Source: Chrysomallon squamiferum (taxonomy: Eukaryota; Animalia; Mollusca). Taken from it: DNA of 64,000 nt. The stretch is taken from the NCBI GenBank assembly GCA_012295275.1, contig CM022670.1, positions 17,298,001 to 17,362,000 on the forward strand. Reading direction: 5' to 3'. Of this stretch, positions 14,811 to 27,877 are shown one piece after another (position 1 is the first letter of the stretch; the number at the start of each line of letters is the position of its first letter). The position numbers were made by a program, and so were the translations under genes. Under the pieces are notes generated by a model. That model was not told the origin of the DNA, searched no databases, and saw only the letters and a list, made by a program, of their open reading frames with translations.

Positions 14811-15501
14811 TTATTTACCTTCTTCTTTTGTTTCAATTTCTTCTTTATCTTCTATCTCTTCTCCATCATCTGTTGTGTATTCTTCTGAATCTGAAGGAGA
14901 ACATAAAGTTTCTACAGTATTAAAGTTTCAGTCTCCATCTCCTGCAAAACTTTCATCATAATCCCTGTCATCATGAGAATGCTATTCATCAGGTGTTAAT
15001 CCTACAAGTTTTCTCCAAGCTGCTGCTTCTCTGCGAAACAGATCCCAACTTTCTTGTGTGCTATCAAATACGTCTGTTACAGAGTATTCACTCCTGAATC
15101 TTCTTAACCAGGTATCTTTTCTCTCATTTTCATTATTGCAGTTATGTCTGTAATACCGCATCATGTGAAAACGCTCACTTGTGTAATCTTCGGGATCCTA
15201 ATGCAATCCCACAAGGTGGTCTGTAGCAAACAAGTTCAGCAGGATTAGTGTAGCTGTGATCTTTATGACAATCTTCTCTTTTTCTTTGTTTCTTAGGTGT
15301 TGGTTCAGAGGTAGATGGTCTTGGCATTTCGGTCTCAGTGCTCACTTCATATTTTTCTATTTGTTCTTCTTCTTTCTTTTCTTCTTTGTTAAGAATTCCT
15401 TCTTCTTCAAGTTGATTAGTTGTTCGTTCCAGTATATTTCTTAATTCTTCATCAGCTAATTCTTCCAGTAAATTTGGTTTGGGAAAATGTAGTTTTGCCA
15501 T
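14811..15501 (-). pseudogene. Decayed intronless gene (about 230 codons) of unknown, probably viral/Maverick origin: acidic N-terminus, NLS, Cys/His cluster, acidic C-terminus
   Basis: ATG 15501 (MAKLHFPKPNLLEEL...PKKQRKREDCHKDH...CYRPPC) joins, after one frameshift near 15200, DPEDYTSERFHMMRYYRHNC...WRKLVGLTPDE*HSHDDRDYDESFAGDGD*NFNTVETLCSPSDSEEYTTDDGEEIEDKEEIETKEEGK*. AATAAA overlaps the final stop. TATAAA at 15539-15534 and TCAGT at 15507-15503 lie upstream. Confidence 0.6.
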
Positions 15502-17823
15502 GACTGACAATTTGTGAAATGTAAAATAATAAATTTATAATTGCTAGGAAGTTGTGAAATCATAATTACGAGGAAGTTAGGTAATATAAATTTTTTTGTC
15601 TATCTATATAATTGTTACTGCCTTCGTGAAGTGTGTCGCAGCAAATATTCTACAAAGACTGAAGCATGAAATTTGTGCGGTGAATGTATTTTTTTTTTCT
15701 TCTGTTCTGTGAAAACAATTTAAAGATCGTGAGATTTGATTCTTATCAATAAGAAGACACAAATGAAGTTTGATATATTGCCAAACTCAACTCATGCGTG
15801 GCCTACTGCCACAGTTCAAAGGTCATTATTTATGAAAATCTGTAAAACACATCTTAAAGATTTTAAAAATGAAATTAATGACATTCTAGTTGATTACTGC
15901 AGACACACACACGTGAAATCTCCACACTGCATCACTTTAAATTAATGGTCATGATTAACAACAAAACTGTTACAATTATTGTTAAAACGTTGAAAAATTG
16001 TTTTAATTAAGAATACTTAAATATATGCATTTTAAGTCCTTATAAATATATATATATATATGTATATAATAAAATGAATTGATAAATAATTAAATTAATT
16101 AATTAAATAAATAAAATAGATAACTACGTAATTAAATAAAATAAATAAGATAAATAAAATGGATAAATAAGATAATAAAATAAAAAAATTTAAAATAAAT
16201 TAATAAATTAAATTTAATCAAAATAATAAATAAATAAATATATAAATAAGAAAATAAAATAGATAAATAAATTAATAACAATAAATAAATAAATAAAACT
16301 AAATAAAATAAACTAAAATAATAAATAAATATAAAATAAAATAACCAATCAGTCATTTGAAATATGCCTAACTGCCATACCAGGTACAGACCCATCTTGA
16401 AAGGAACAGACAGGATTCTATAAGACATATATATATATAGAGAGAGAGTGTCAGAATGTTAGAAATAAGAAAAAATACACTGGTCCTTAGTCTCCTAAAT
16501 TAACACATGGTAGAAGCTTGTAAAGAAATGTTTTTACAGAACCTTATGTTAACATTAATACCATGCTTGAGAGAGAGGATTGTGTTGCATTGGGGAAGCA
16601 ATGCAATGTGCTGGATGAACGAAGAATTTACAACAGAAGAAAAAAACAACAACATCAAAACGGAAAACAAATACAATAAATCTGAAATTGTTAACAGGAT
16701 GAAGTGTAATTAGAAAATAAATTAATTTTTAACTGCATGAAATGATTCATAGCTAAGACTGTGATAATAAAATCTGTTTAAAATTTCATTTAAACTGGTG
16801 TTTGCTGATGCAGAAATGAGATTTATTAATGTTCTGATAAAATCTAATGTTGCATTATCAACAGTGAGTGTTCAGAACATCTATAAATAAAATAAATGAT
16901 AACGGATTACAGTTAAAAAAAAAAAAAAAAAAAAACAATAAAAAAAAAAAATAAAAAATAAAAAAAAAATAAAAAAAAAAAAATAAAAGTAAACAATAAA
17001 AAAGAAAGAAAAAGAAACAACAAAACAACGAAAAACGAAAAACAAAGAAAGAAAAAAAAAATCCTTAATTTAATTTTTAATATTTGATAATTTTGACAAA
17101 AACGTGTTGAGAAACAGTTCGGAAATAAGAAAACATCAAAGAAAACGTTCCCAGCATGTGACACTTCCTGTACTAGAGAGTTCCTTCCAGGCGGCCCTGG
17201 CAACCGCGAAGCGAATGACGGGAAAGGGGAATATTGAAAAACGAGTAAGTTATACTTAGCAATGCTTAATTTTTAAAGAACATCCACAGTCTTAAGGAAA
17301 AAAGATCAAAAGGATGCACTACGTCTGCAAGCAGCAGACCCCACACTGACGTCGTTCCCGCGGTACGAGGGTCACTGGGTGGGGAGGTAATGACGGGGAG
17401 TGTTGAAGTTCTTTTCAAGACGGAGATTAATCAGCGTTTTAAGATTATACGCTGGCAGACCTCTCCGTTTGAGTGATGTAATGTTTCTCAGTGTTAATGA
17501 GGAGTTAATCACGTGTTGTTAGTCAGTTTGAAAGATTTGTTAAGGTCAACATAACATTAACGGATTCCGGTGACACGGACCGTGTATAAAACATTAGGTA
17601 TTTTCGTACGGTCGTGATATTTCAGCACTTGTTTAAATCTCGATTTTTTTTTTATCTTTTTTAAAATAAACAAAATATTAACAGATGGTATTGAAAGTGA
17701 AAATTTGACAAATAACAAAAGAAAAGTTTATAAAATATTTACAAATTTCCATCTCTGTCAAAATCCCCATAATAAAGAAAGAAAGAAATAATGAAAGAAA
17801 TGGACAAATAAATGATAAAAACT

Positions 17824-17825
<2 letters not shown>

Positions 17826-17889
<64 letters not shown>
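17826..17889. repeat. (GA)n microsatellite
   Basis: Perfect GA run. Confidence 0.95.
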
Positions 17890-17890
<1 letters not shown>

Positions 17891-18074
17891 AAACCGTCAA
17901 TAATATACATGTTATTAAATAACGAACAGAAATAATTAGAACCCATCTGAATGTTACAAACAAGTGGAAATGATCTACACAGGAATGCAGAGATCAATAA
18001 GTAGGTATATTGGTAACAAAATCACCAGTGTTCATGTTACAAGGGAGAGAAGCCTGAAGAAACTTGCAGGAACT

Positions 18075-18420
18075 CTAGCAGACCAGTAGTACTGGTCAGT
18101 GTGCAGTGGACACACAAATAACACACCACAGTGCTGGTCAGTGGGCACTGGACACACAGTAAATAGACCTGTAATGCTGGTTAGGGTCACTTAACTGAGA
18201 ATCAGTAATACTGTGTCAGTTTAAATAAATAACTGACCAGCAGTACTGGTCAGGGTGTAGTGGTCACACACCCAGACAATAGTTGTACTTGTCAGCATGT
18301 AGTGGTGACACAACTAAGGACCGGTTGTACCAGTCTTTGTGTAATGGTCAAACAATGGCAGACCATTAGTACTGGTCAGCATATAGTGGTCATACAGTAG
18401 CAGATCAGTGGTACACAACA
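18075..18420. repeat. Degenerate tandem repeat (ccagtagtactggtcag...gtggacacac)
   Basis: About 6 diverged copies of (a/g)ctggtcag...gtgg(t)cacac. Confidence 0.65.
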
Positions 18421-20544
18421 GTTTTCCTGTTTTTTTTAATGTAAATGGTAAAATAATAATTTTAATAAAGACAATTTTAAAATCCGTTAAAAACAACTAA
18501 AAATAATAATAATTAAAAAAAATGTTAATGAACAGCAAAAGAAGTCAGAAGTGGATTACAATTAGAGTTATCTTTGATTTTTTTATTTTGAAAATTGAAG
18601 TCAAAGACAAATTAAAAGTCAAAGAGAAGGAGAGGTGTCTGGTTTACTGCGTGAAACTGAAACTTTGATAGAAAAAGTTTTCCCAGGCTGACACTAAATG
18701 GAAATAACACTAACCTGAATTAAATGAGATAGTGTTTCACCACAAATTCAATTACTCCTCTGGACAGAACTGCTGGTGTCAACATAAAAATATCTCTAGC
18801 AAATATTTTGAGAGAATACTGAGTTAATGAAAATATGCTTCAGCAAGACTCATTTTGGTTACTGAAAGAAGAAGGAAACAAAAAAAAAAAAAAAAAAAAA
18901 AACAATTTATAAAATCAAATTAATAAAGTATTAAATTTAATGAGGTTGAAGAAATGTAATCTTATCATGTTTGTTTGTAAAGAATCAAATTTTCATACAG
19001 ATAATAATTAATAAACTTGAACACATTTCAAACCATTTTAAATGAAATGTCAAGAAACATAAACTTTAACATTTATAAATTATTATTAATCTAATTGTTA
19101 TGTGTATTTTAATAATTATAATGATAATCCTTCTAGAAACCTGAAGTATTAGAAAAAAAAAATATATATGATAACAAAATACTATGGTCAAGGTAAAATT
19201 TTAATGAGCTAATTGTAGTTAAATGCTTTAAAGAATGTTTGTCTAGGCCATGGTTTCTCAAACTTTTTGTATTCATAGAAATTATACTAAAACTACAACT
19301 GCTGCAACTATTACTACCACAACAGCTGCTATTTTTGTTGTTACTATTATTACTAAAAGAAATTAATAATAATAATAATACATTTAATTTTTTTTTTTTT
19401 TTAAAAGATTAAATAGGGCAAGAAAAAAGTAATTCTGACCAAGAAAACGAGATAAAAAGTTATTAGCAAACTATCTATCTATCTATTTATCTTTCTTTCT
19501 TTTTCATTTTTGTTTAAAAAGGTTAACCATAACAGTTACTGAGAGCTTTTTACAAAACATTCTTTTCCATTAGTTTGATTATTTCTAGTGCCAGTTCTTA
19601 GACAACATGTGTTAAAACTCTGCACTCAGTCAAAACACAGCAGACAAAACTTTTATCCAAATATGTGGACTTTGTAAACAAATAATCCAGACTTGAGCAT
19701 TTGTTTTGGTTTTTTTTTTCTTTTTTCTTTTACAGATTTTAAAAACAGTGTTGTAAGAACTATTCCAGAAATATTAAATAAAAGTTTTTGGCTTATTTCT
19801 CAAGTGACATCATGTGACTCCATGCCATCATACAACACACACTCACAAAACCATTACGATGGGGAGATATTTACAAAACTGACGTATCGGTTGTCCTGTG
19901 TAAGTAATTCTTGTCATCAGACACTCCTGGGATTTTTATTGAGAGAAAATTGCAGAGTTGTGTATAAATTATGTAAAGTGATATAATATTTCATTTAACA
20001 GCTATAGTCCACTGCCTCCTATAAATAAATAAATAATGATAAAAACCAATACGTGCTTTTACGTTTGAAAATTACGGCAATTAACCTTAACAGAAGTGAT
20101 TATTAATTCAAGTGAAGTTCTGTTTTAAAAAATATTAAATTTGAAAACCAAATGTAAGTAAATAAATATCTTGTAAAATAATAAATAATTAAATATGTAA
20201 TTAGAGTTTGCTTTATAAAAGTGAATAATAAGAAGCAGAAAGCCAGGATATATCTTACTGGTTTAATTTTGTTCAACATGCAAATGTGTGATCATTTTAG
20301 TAATTCAAATTTTCTTTAAAAGTTAATATAATGAGCAGAAAAGCAGTTTACATCTTGGGTATAGTATAATTTTAGTTAACATGCAACTTAGATACGTGAT
20401 ATTTCCAGACAATTTAACGCGACACAAAATCATTCTGTATTTGTGATATTTTGTCTTTCATATTCTCTATTACAGTAATTATTTCATTTTCAAACATGCA
20501 GATCAGTTTCACCTTTTTATCAGATAAAACTGAACTCAACCTCC

Positions 20545-20875
20545 ATTGTCAGTATGAAGTTATGAAAGGTGTATTCTTAGTATTGCTAGTGTGAAGTTGT
20601 AAAAGATGTATATTTTGCATTATCAGTAAAAAATTATAAAAGATGTATAATTTGTATTGTCAGTATGAAGTTATAAAAGATGTATATTTTGCATTATCAG
20701 TAAAAAATTATAAAAGATGTATAATTTGTATTGTCAGTATGAAGTTATAAAAGATGTATACTTTGTGTTGTCAGTATGAAATTATAAAAGATGTATACTT
20801 TGTATTATCAGTATGAAGTTATAAAAGATGTATATTTTGTACTGTCAGTATGAAGTTATAAAAGATGCATTCTTT
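20545..20875. repeat. 37-bp tandem repeat (about 9 copies)
   Basis: Recurring tcagtatgaagttataaaagatgtatattttg(c/t)att. Confidence 0.9.
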
Positions 20876-23800
20876 GTCTTGTGAGTGAATTACAAGCAGT
20901 GTTGCTATACATTTCACCTTTCATTTATTTTCCGATCACCTGATAACACACAGCATGTCTCCGATACTGGGGTTGTGCACGAAAACAGCATGTGTTAAAT
21001 GATGGAATTTTATCAGATAAAATAATTCTTTCTCAACCAGTCAACTAGTTTTATTTGGAAGAAGAAAGGAAACTAACTATCTGAGAGTTTGTTTTATTAA
21101 TATTTTTTGTTTTGTCAAAGATATTTTGTGTGTTTATTTCTTCTCATTTTTATATTTTCTTTTATATAACAAGTACAAAATTTCAACTTAATTTGTGTAA
21201 TAAAAAATTAAATAACTTTAAAAGACACGTACAAACCCCCCAAAAAAAAAAAGTTAATAATATAAAAATATAAAATTAAAGAAACTTTTCCAAGTATATG
21301 AAAATTTGTACCATAGCTCTCCATAACCAGGTGTGACAACTAAATTAAATAAATGTATAACCCACTAATAAAAATAAACAAAGAAAAACAAAACAACAAT
21401 TACAAATGGGTTGATTTTATTCAGTGATTCATCATCATAAAAATAAATATATATACAGTTTTCAAGACGTTTCTTTTACAATGAAAATGTCAGTATTAGA
21501 AATCATTTGTAAAATTGCATTCACTCTTTTATTTTACAGTTCAAATATTTACCAGAGTACAGCAGAATAAACAACATTTAAAATGAAAAAGGTGTTAAAT
21601 ATAATAATAATAATAACAATTATGATAATTTAAGACATTTCTGTTTCATATAACAACATAAGTATTAAAAAAAAAAATGAAGAACACAGAAAATGAAACT
21701 TAAATGTTTTTTTAACATGTAAATATGATTTGTTTTGTTTTCACAATTTTCATTTTGTTTTTTAATAATAATAATTACTGATTGTGTGCAGTTCAGTGAG
21801 GAAGGTTTACATACAAAACAATTCAAATTTAAACTGATAACTTTACTTCTCTTTTCTAGGTTAAACATTAAAGAACTTTTGTCAAGTTGTTTCTTTTCAC
21901 TATACAATTTGTTTTTACAATATATACAATTAATAATCTTACAATTTCTATTTTACAAAATATACAACTTGATGAGACAGCATTCCAGTTTGTATTAAAA
22001 AATAGTAATAATTTAAAAAACTAAATTTAATTTCTATCATGTATTATTCGGTTGAGCAAAAACTATATTTTTTTTTTTTTTTAAATCTAAACTTTTCATG
22101 GATGACATGAAATAATAACATGACAATATTAACGTGACAAGACATTTTGATATGTTGGTAATTCCACTGACAGACCACAGATGGACAGACACATTATTAC
22201 CAAGACCAGCTTGAAGTCTGATGAAAATCTCACAGTAATAATACACAGAGCAATCACGAATTATGTAACAGTATTTCATGTAACACATGTACTTAACAGT
22301 ACAAACAATACAGAATTATACTGGAAGGCAAGACAAATTATATAGCCCTAAATTGTGGGGAAAAAAGAAAAGAAAATGAAGTAAGAAAAAAAAGATTTAT
22401 GAACAAAAAATCCCCAAAAACAAATAAACAAAAAACAAAATAATTGTTATGTCTAGTATCTTACACACACACACACACACACATACATACACAGACACAC
22501 ACAGAGCCATGATACTAGGTCTAACAATTAATTTAAATATATATGATATCACACTTACAATTATTTGTCACAATTTAGACAATTACTTTTCAGACAATAT
22601 TTTGTTCTATGCAGTCTGGTTGATGTTATGAGTATAATGTGGAGAATAGAAGGCAGTTCTGAATGACGTAAAGAAAGTTAGCTGGGAATCATGAAAACAA
22701 CATTAACCAACATTCCTCTGTCAGTGCCATGCCTCAGTGACAAAGACATAAACAAAGAGGAGATTCCAGACCACTTCCACACATGTCAACAAAACCATCT
22801 GTCCAAATACTTTGTCAGCTTAACAATGGCTCTTCTAATGAAGAGATATACATTTATTTTAAAGCACCCTACAGCAGTATTACTAGTTTTCATTATCAAT
22901 TTTTAGCTAGCATCATAATCAGTTACATGTTTTTAATGCTAGTTAATGAATAAATGGAAAAAGAAAGAACAAATAATTAAAGAAAGAAAATTTGAAATTA
23001 AAATCTGACACCATCTTTCAAAATATGGGAATATTTGACAGCAGTTACCTTTTTAAATACAAGAAACTTTATAACAAAGAATATCTTTTTCAACATGAGA
23101 TAATTTCGACAACAGTACCGTTTTTCAATACAATATACTTTTTGACAACAGTACCTTTTTAATTGCAAGAAAAATTTGATTAAAATTAATGTTGTGTTTG
23201 TATTGACCAGATGGTTGGGAACTGGTTAACGGGCTGAGTGAAGTGAACCTCAGATGAGTGTGCTGATTCTGGCAGTCTACTCTGGTTTATGTGACATCAT
23301 AAAACTCTGCGTGATGTTATCATGGCAACTATAAGGCAGTTAAGATGGACAAATTCATGGTTCAGCGACAATGTAAAGATGGTGCACAGTGGTACTTTAA
23401 CACATGTTGTCAGTCCATGAGCTCATTTCTACATCTCCATTCTGTCTGTTCTGTAAATCTTTGTTTGTCTTGGTTTGACTATTTCATATATTTTTCGTGT
23501 ATTACAGTCCTAATCTCTGTACAATTTTACCAGTGTTTAAATTCATATTACTTCTGTAACACATTAGACTGGCATTGTAAAAAGAAACCCCAAAACTTAA
23601 GTAGTTACACATACTCACACACAGACAGACAGGATCACAGACAAACACACACACATAATTAAATTGAAAATGTATGAAGCTTAAAAAAATAATAATAAAA
23701 AGAAAAGGAAAATATTTGAAATTATCAGATAAATATTATATATAATGGGGTACATTTTATAATTGTTTGAAACAGAAATATATTTCTTAAAATGTTATAA

Positions 23801-25190
23801 CCATTTAGGTAGATGTTAGGTATAAGAATATGTTTTAAAATAAAGTTACTGAATGGAATTATGATATAAAAAAAAAAAAAAAAAGAAAAAAAAATAGAAA
23901 AGTTAGAAATACCTTTTTTTTTTTCTTTTCCTTTTTTAAAGAGATTCATTAGAAACGAATTATGTATTAAAAATATCCTTTATGAGAGGAAACTGGAGTT
24001 TCCCAAGAACGCTAGAATATATTAATGTGATGAGCAGTTGCTGATAGCATCAGATCCTGGCAATAAGAGGCAGCTGGGGTCTTGGAGATCAGTGCCAGGA
24101 TAGGGTCTCCTGTAATTTACGACTGCAGTAGGTGAAGTACAGTTATTTTTATTTCATGCAGCATCATGGGAGAATGCACACATTTATGAATGCAAACCAA
24201 GAAAATTAATCTCTCGTCATAAAATTTGGGCTTTTATGTCACTTTTCTGACTGACTGGGAACCAAAGTGTAAAGAATTCTTTACACTACAGAAATGAAGG
24301 ATTGACAATTAATTAATCCTGACTGTAATGAAGATAATAAATACACCGATTATTTGAAAGTTTATGTTGTTTGAAAGCAATCATGTTTATATGATTGTGA
24401 TTTGCAGTTATTTATAATAAAATAAACCATCAAAAGTTAGAATTGAGGTCTGGAGTTCAAGCATGTATTATGGTGTTTATTATTAGGGTTTTAATTTTGA
24501 AAACAAGAAAAACTCGGCATGTAATGCTGATGTTTTATCTTTCTCTTAAACCTAAGAAATCACATCTAAGAACATTATGAAAATGTAACTAACTGTTCAG
24601 TATTTGAAAAGTTTTACTGACAAATATTCTAAATCAATGTACAATTGTTAACATTTTATACATTTTTCATGTAAAAACAAACAAGAAACGTAACAAGCAT
24701 TTCAACAACACAAACAAAATAGCACCATCTTTTTTTTTTGTTCAGGGAAATTTATCTTCCCTACCAACACCTCAATAATTTACACTGTGTTCCTTCTTTG
24801 TCACAGAAAACACTTCTCCAAAAGAATGAATGTAAAACTACTGAAAGAAAGATCATAATCACAAACTGAATGACTGGTAAAAGAATTTTTGTTCACTTTA
24901 ATAGATAAGACGATCTACCTTTTTTAATGTAGCTTCCTAAATTTATTTTATTTTCAACTGATGCAGATTGTTTCTGTGTTTTTTTGTGTTTTTTTAAATA
25001 CAAATAGTTTTCTACATTAGGGAGGTGTTATAAATCTAGCTGGTTCAGTGATGTTGGGAAACTTCAAAACAAATTATGCAGTAAAATGTGAACAACATAA
25101 AATTAAATGGAAGCACAATGATATTTCTAGTACAGAACACACCACACTGTCATCATCATCATCACAACAACAACAACAAGAAGATTTTTT

Positions 25191-25681
25191 TCAGACTACA
25201 ACATCACGTTCTTGATAAAACACATCATCCATCTCGGCTCTGAGATCATCAGTGTTCACTGTGTAACTGCCTGATGTCGTAGTCCTGTCATCATCGTCAC
25301 GGTAACTCACAGAATCTCCTGGCCAGCTGCCGGCTCCTCCACAGCTGCCAGCTCCTCCACAGTTGTGTGAATGTGAGTTGAACTGCAGTCCACCCACTGG
25401 ATGAAACGGCTCATAATCCGAGTACTGCGGATGTGGATTAAAATTTTCAAATCTGTGCGGGCTAGAAGTATGATTTAAGTCATTGGTGCAGTTTGTTGCG
25501 TCGTCTTCACATGGAGTGTGCTCTTCTCCGATATCGCTCATTGATCTCAGTTGCCAGTGTGGGTCTCCCTCCAGCTGCTGGTGGGTGAATGGAGGACACA
25601 CCTGTCTGCCTCTGCTGTACCTAGGATACAAGTCTTGGCCCTTACTCAGGTACATTGCTGGGTGGACGTTACGTAGATCAT
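25191..25681 (-). CDS. Protocadherin terminal coding exon (phase 1; ...DDLRNVHP...DDDDRTTTSGSYTV...ERDVVV*)
   Basis: Acceptor ctgtttttCAG|AT at 25682/25681 is phase-compatible with the 31852 donor (G+AT=Asp). Open to TGA at 25193-25191. Ends in a hydrophobic, PDZ-ligand-like DVVV. Confidence 0.85.
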
Positions 25682-27779
25682 CTGAAAAACAGTTAAATAA
25701 ACGCTTAATTATCAAACATGAACAAAACTGGGAAACTATCAAAATGTATCGGGTTTATGTTTTATATCCCAAAACAAAATGAAACTGTACAATGAATTTT
25801 CATTCTACTACTTCCAAGGCTTGCTCCAATAAAATAAATTACCACAAAAGAGATGTTAAAAATTATTTTAATTTAGTTATGATATGTTAAGACATTTTTT
25901 GTATTGAGTTTCCTGCAACTGAAACATACATGGCATAGTTATAAAATAACCATAATTAGTGCATAAAATTAAAAAAAATTAAAAATTAAAAAAATTAAAA
26001 AAAATAAATAGAAAAACAAATATAATAAAAACAAAAATAACAATCCTGATGTTAAAATTTTTCAGCTGTACATTTAAAGTTCTCATGACAAGAATCAGAT
26101 ACTGCTTTTTTATCAATTATTTTTTTTAAAGAAAGTGAACAAAAACTTTAATTTTTGTATTACTGGTGAATTTCGAAAAGCAGCTCATTATCAAACAAAA
26201 AGTGACTCTGCAGACGGAATTTGTTATAAATTCTAGCACTGAAAAATGTCTTGCAGCCAGAATTAATTTTTATTTAAAAATTTTGATGGAAAAGACTACA
26301 CAAACATATCTTACCTAATAACTTGAAAAGAAAACCAAAATAAAAAAGAGCCAAAACAAAACAAAACAAAACCCAAGAAACACTTAAAAAACAAAACAAA
26401 CAAAAAAGAAAATCACAGATACAAAAAGCCCACACTAATTATAAAATTGTAATGCTATTTTATTAACTCCAGATGTTAGTCAAAAGTGTTCAGAATGTTC
26501 CATGATTATCAACATACAACTAGACATATCATTGCAAAAACCCAAACAGGAGTGGTTTAAAAATTAAAGTTACGACATAAGGAATACAAATATTTGCATA
26601 ACTCACAATACACAAAATCTGACTTAGTACCTGATATGATACAGAAGACATGTGAATACATTTTAAAAAAATACAAAAATAAAACAAAACAAAATGGAAC
26701 AAGAACGAAATAATAAAATAAAAAAATTGGGGGCTGGGAAACAACTGTTAGTTATTCAGAACAAAATAAGCTAAAGCAAACAACAGTAAACAAAAACACA
26801 ACTGTCACAAAATAAAATATTAAACACTGAAACAGACTTTATTAACATCACTCTAGTTTAAAAAATAAGTATATTTTAAGAAAAGAAACTGGAAAGGAAA
26901 AGAGAAAAAAGAAAAACGCATGAAGGGAAGTAGTGTGATTTCAGTATTAAAAGTAATTTATGTCTGCGTAATATAGTGATGAAATGAATTAAAACTGAAT
27001 AATATTTTTGTATGGTCTTTTTTCTTTTTTTCCCCTTTTATCAACAATGAAAGGAAAGGACAAAAGGTTTTTTTTATAAAAATAAGGAAATTAAATAGTA
27101 CTGATAACTACAATTGGCCCATCTTTCCCTTGACTGTGTTGTTCAAAGACCCACTACAAAGAATCCTCAGGACTCTTACATAAACTGATCTAATCTACTC
27201 TATTTGTGTTCATGACTTGAAATGATGAAATGATGAAGAGGGAGACTTTGTTATTTTAATTATTTAGAGGCAATAATAATCAGTTTCCTACAAATCTGGA
27301 ACAGTTCATTATAACAATATGCACATCAGTAAGACTACTGAACCATATCTGTTGTTGTTTTAATGGTTCAGCCAACTGGGAATTCAACCATATGAGATTA
27401 AGATCTCTAAATGATACCTATAGGTACTGCTAAAACACAAACAAATCACACTGCTACACTGTTTTAGCTTACAGTATACAATTTACTATACAGTAATTCA
27501 TTAAAAATATTTTCAAATCATTGTGGTCAAAACCATAGATGCCAAATCTGTGGATAAGATGGGCCAAAAGTATTTTAAAATATGTACACTGTAAAATTAA
27601 CTTTGTACAAGAGGATCAATATTTAATAAACTGAAGAAATGATTTTTTTTTTCTTTTAATGATTTCTAACACATTTTTTGTTATAATTTTAAGAAACTGA
27701 AAATTTTTGAAATTAAAAATGACACTGTGGCTCACTGACAACATGGGTTCATGCACAAGTTAGGTCAGAAGTCACTCAC

Positions 27780-27877
27780 CATGCCCTGATAAGTGGATTA
27801 GTAGCTAGCCCACTATACGTACCACAGTTTGATTGACACTGGCTTACTGGGACTAGAACTGGTGGGCTGGTTTTGGC
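27780..27877 (-). other. Candidate alternative cassette exon in the last protocadherin intron (30-nt or 98-nt form)
   Basis: Acceptor gatattttcAAG at 27878/27877. Donors CCA|GTAAGC (27848) and ATG|GTGAGT (27780). GC-richer than the surrounding intron. Confidence 0.4.

Noticed and set aside
21500-25190. Defined 3' UTR and poly(A) site for the protocadherin
   Set aside because: Too many AATAAA-like hexamers in AT-rich DNA to assign the end without transcripts.
25483-25782. Plus-strand 99-aa ORF (also 32461-32697 and 33526-33741)
   Set aside because: Antisense shadows of GC-richer protocadherin exons.
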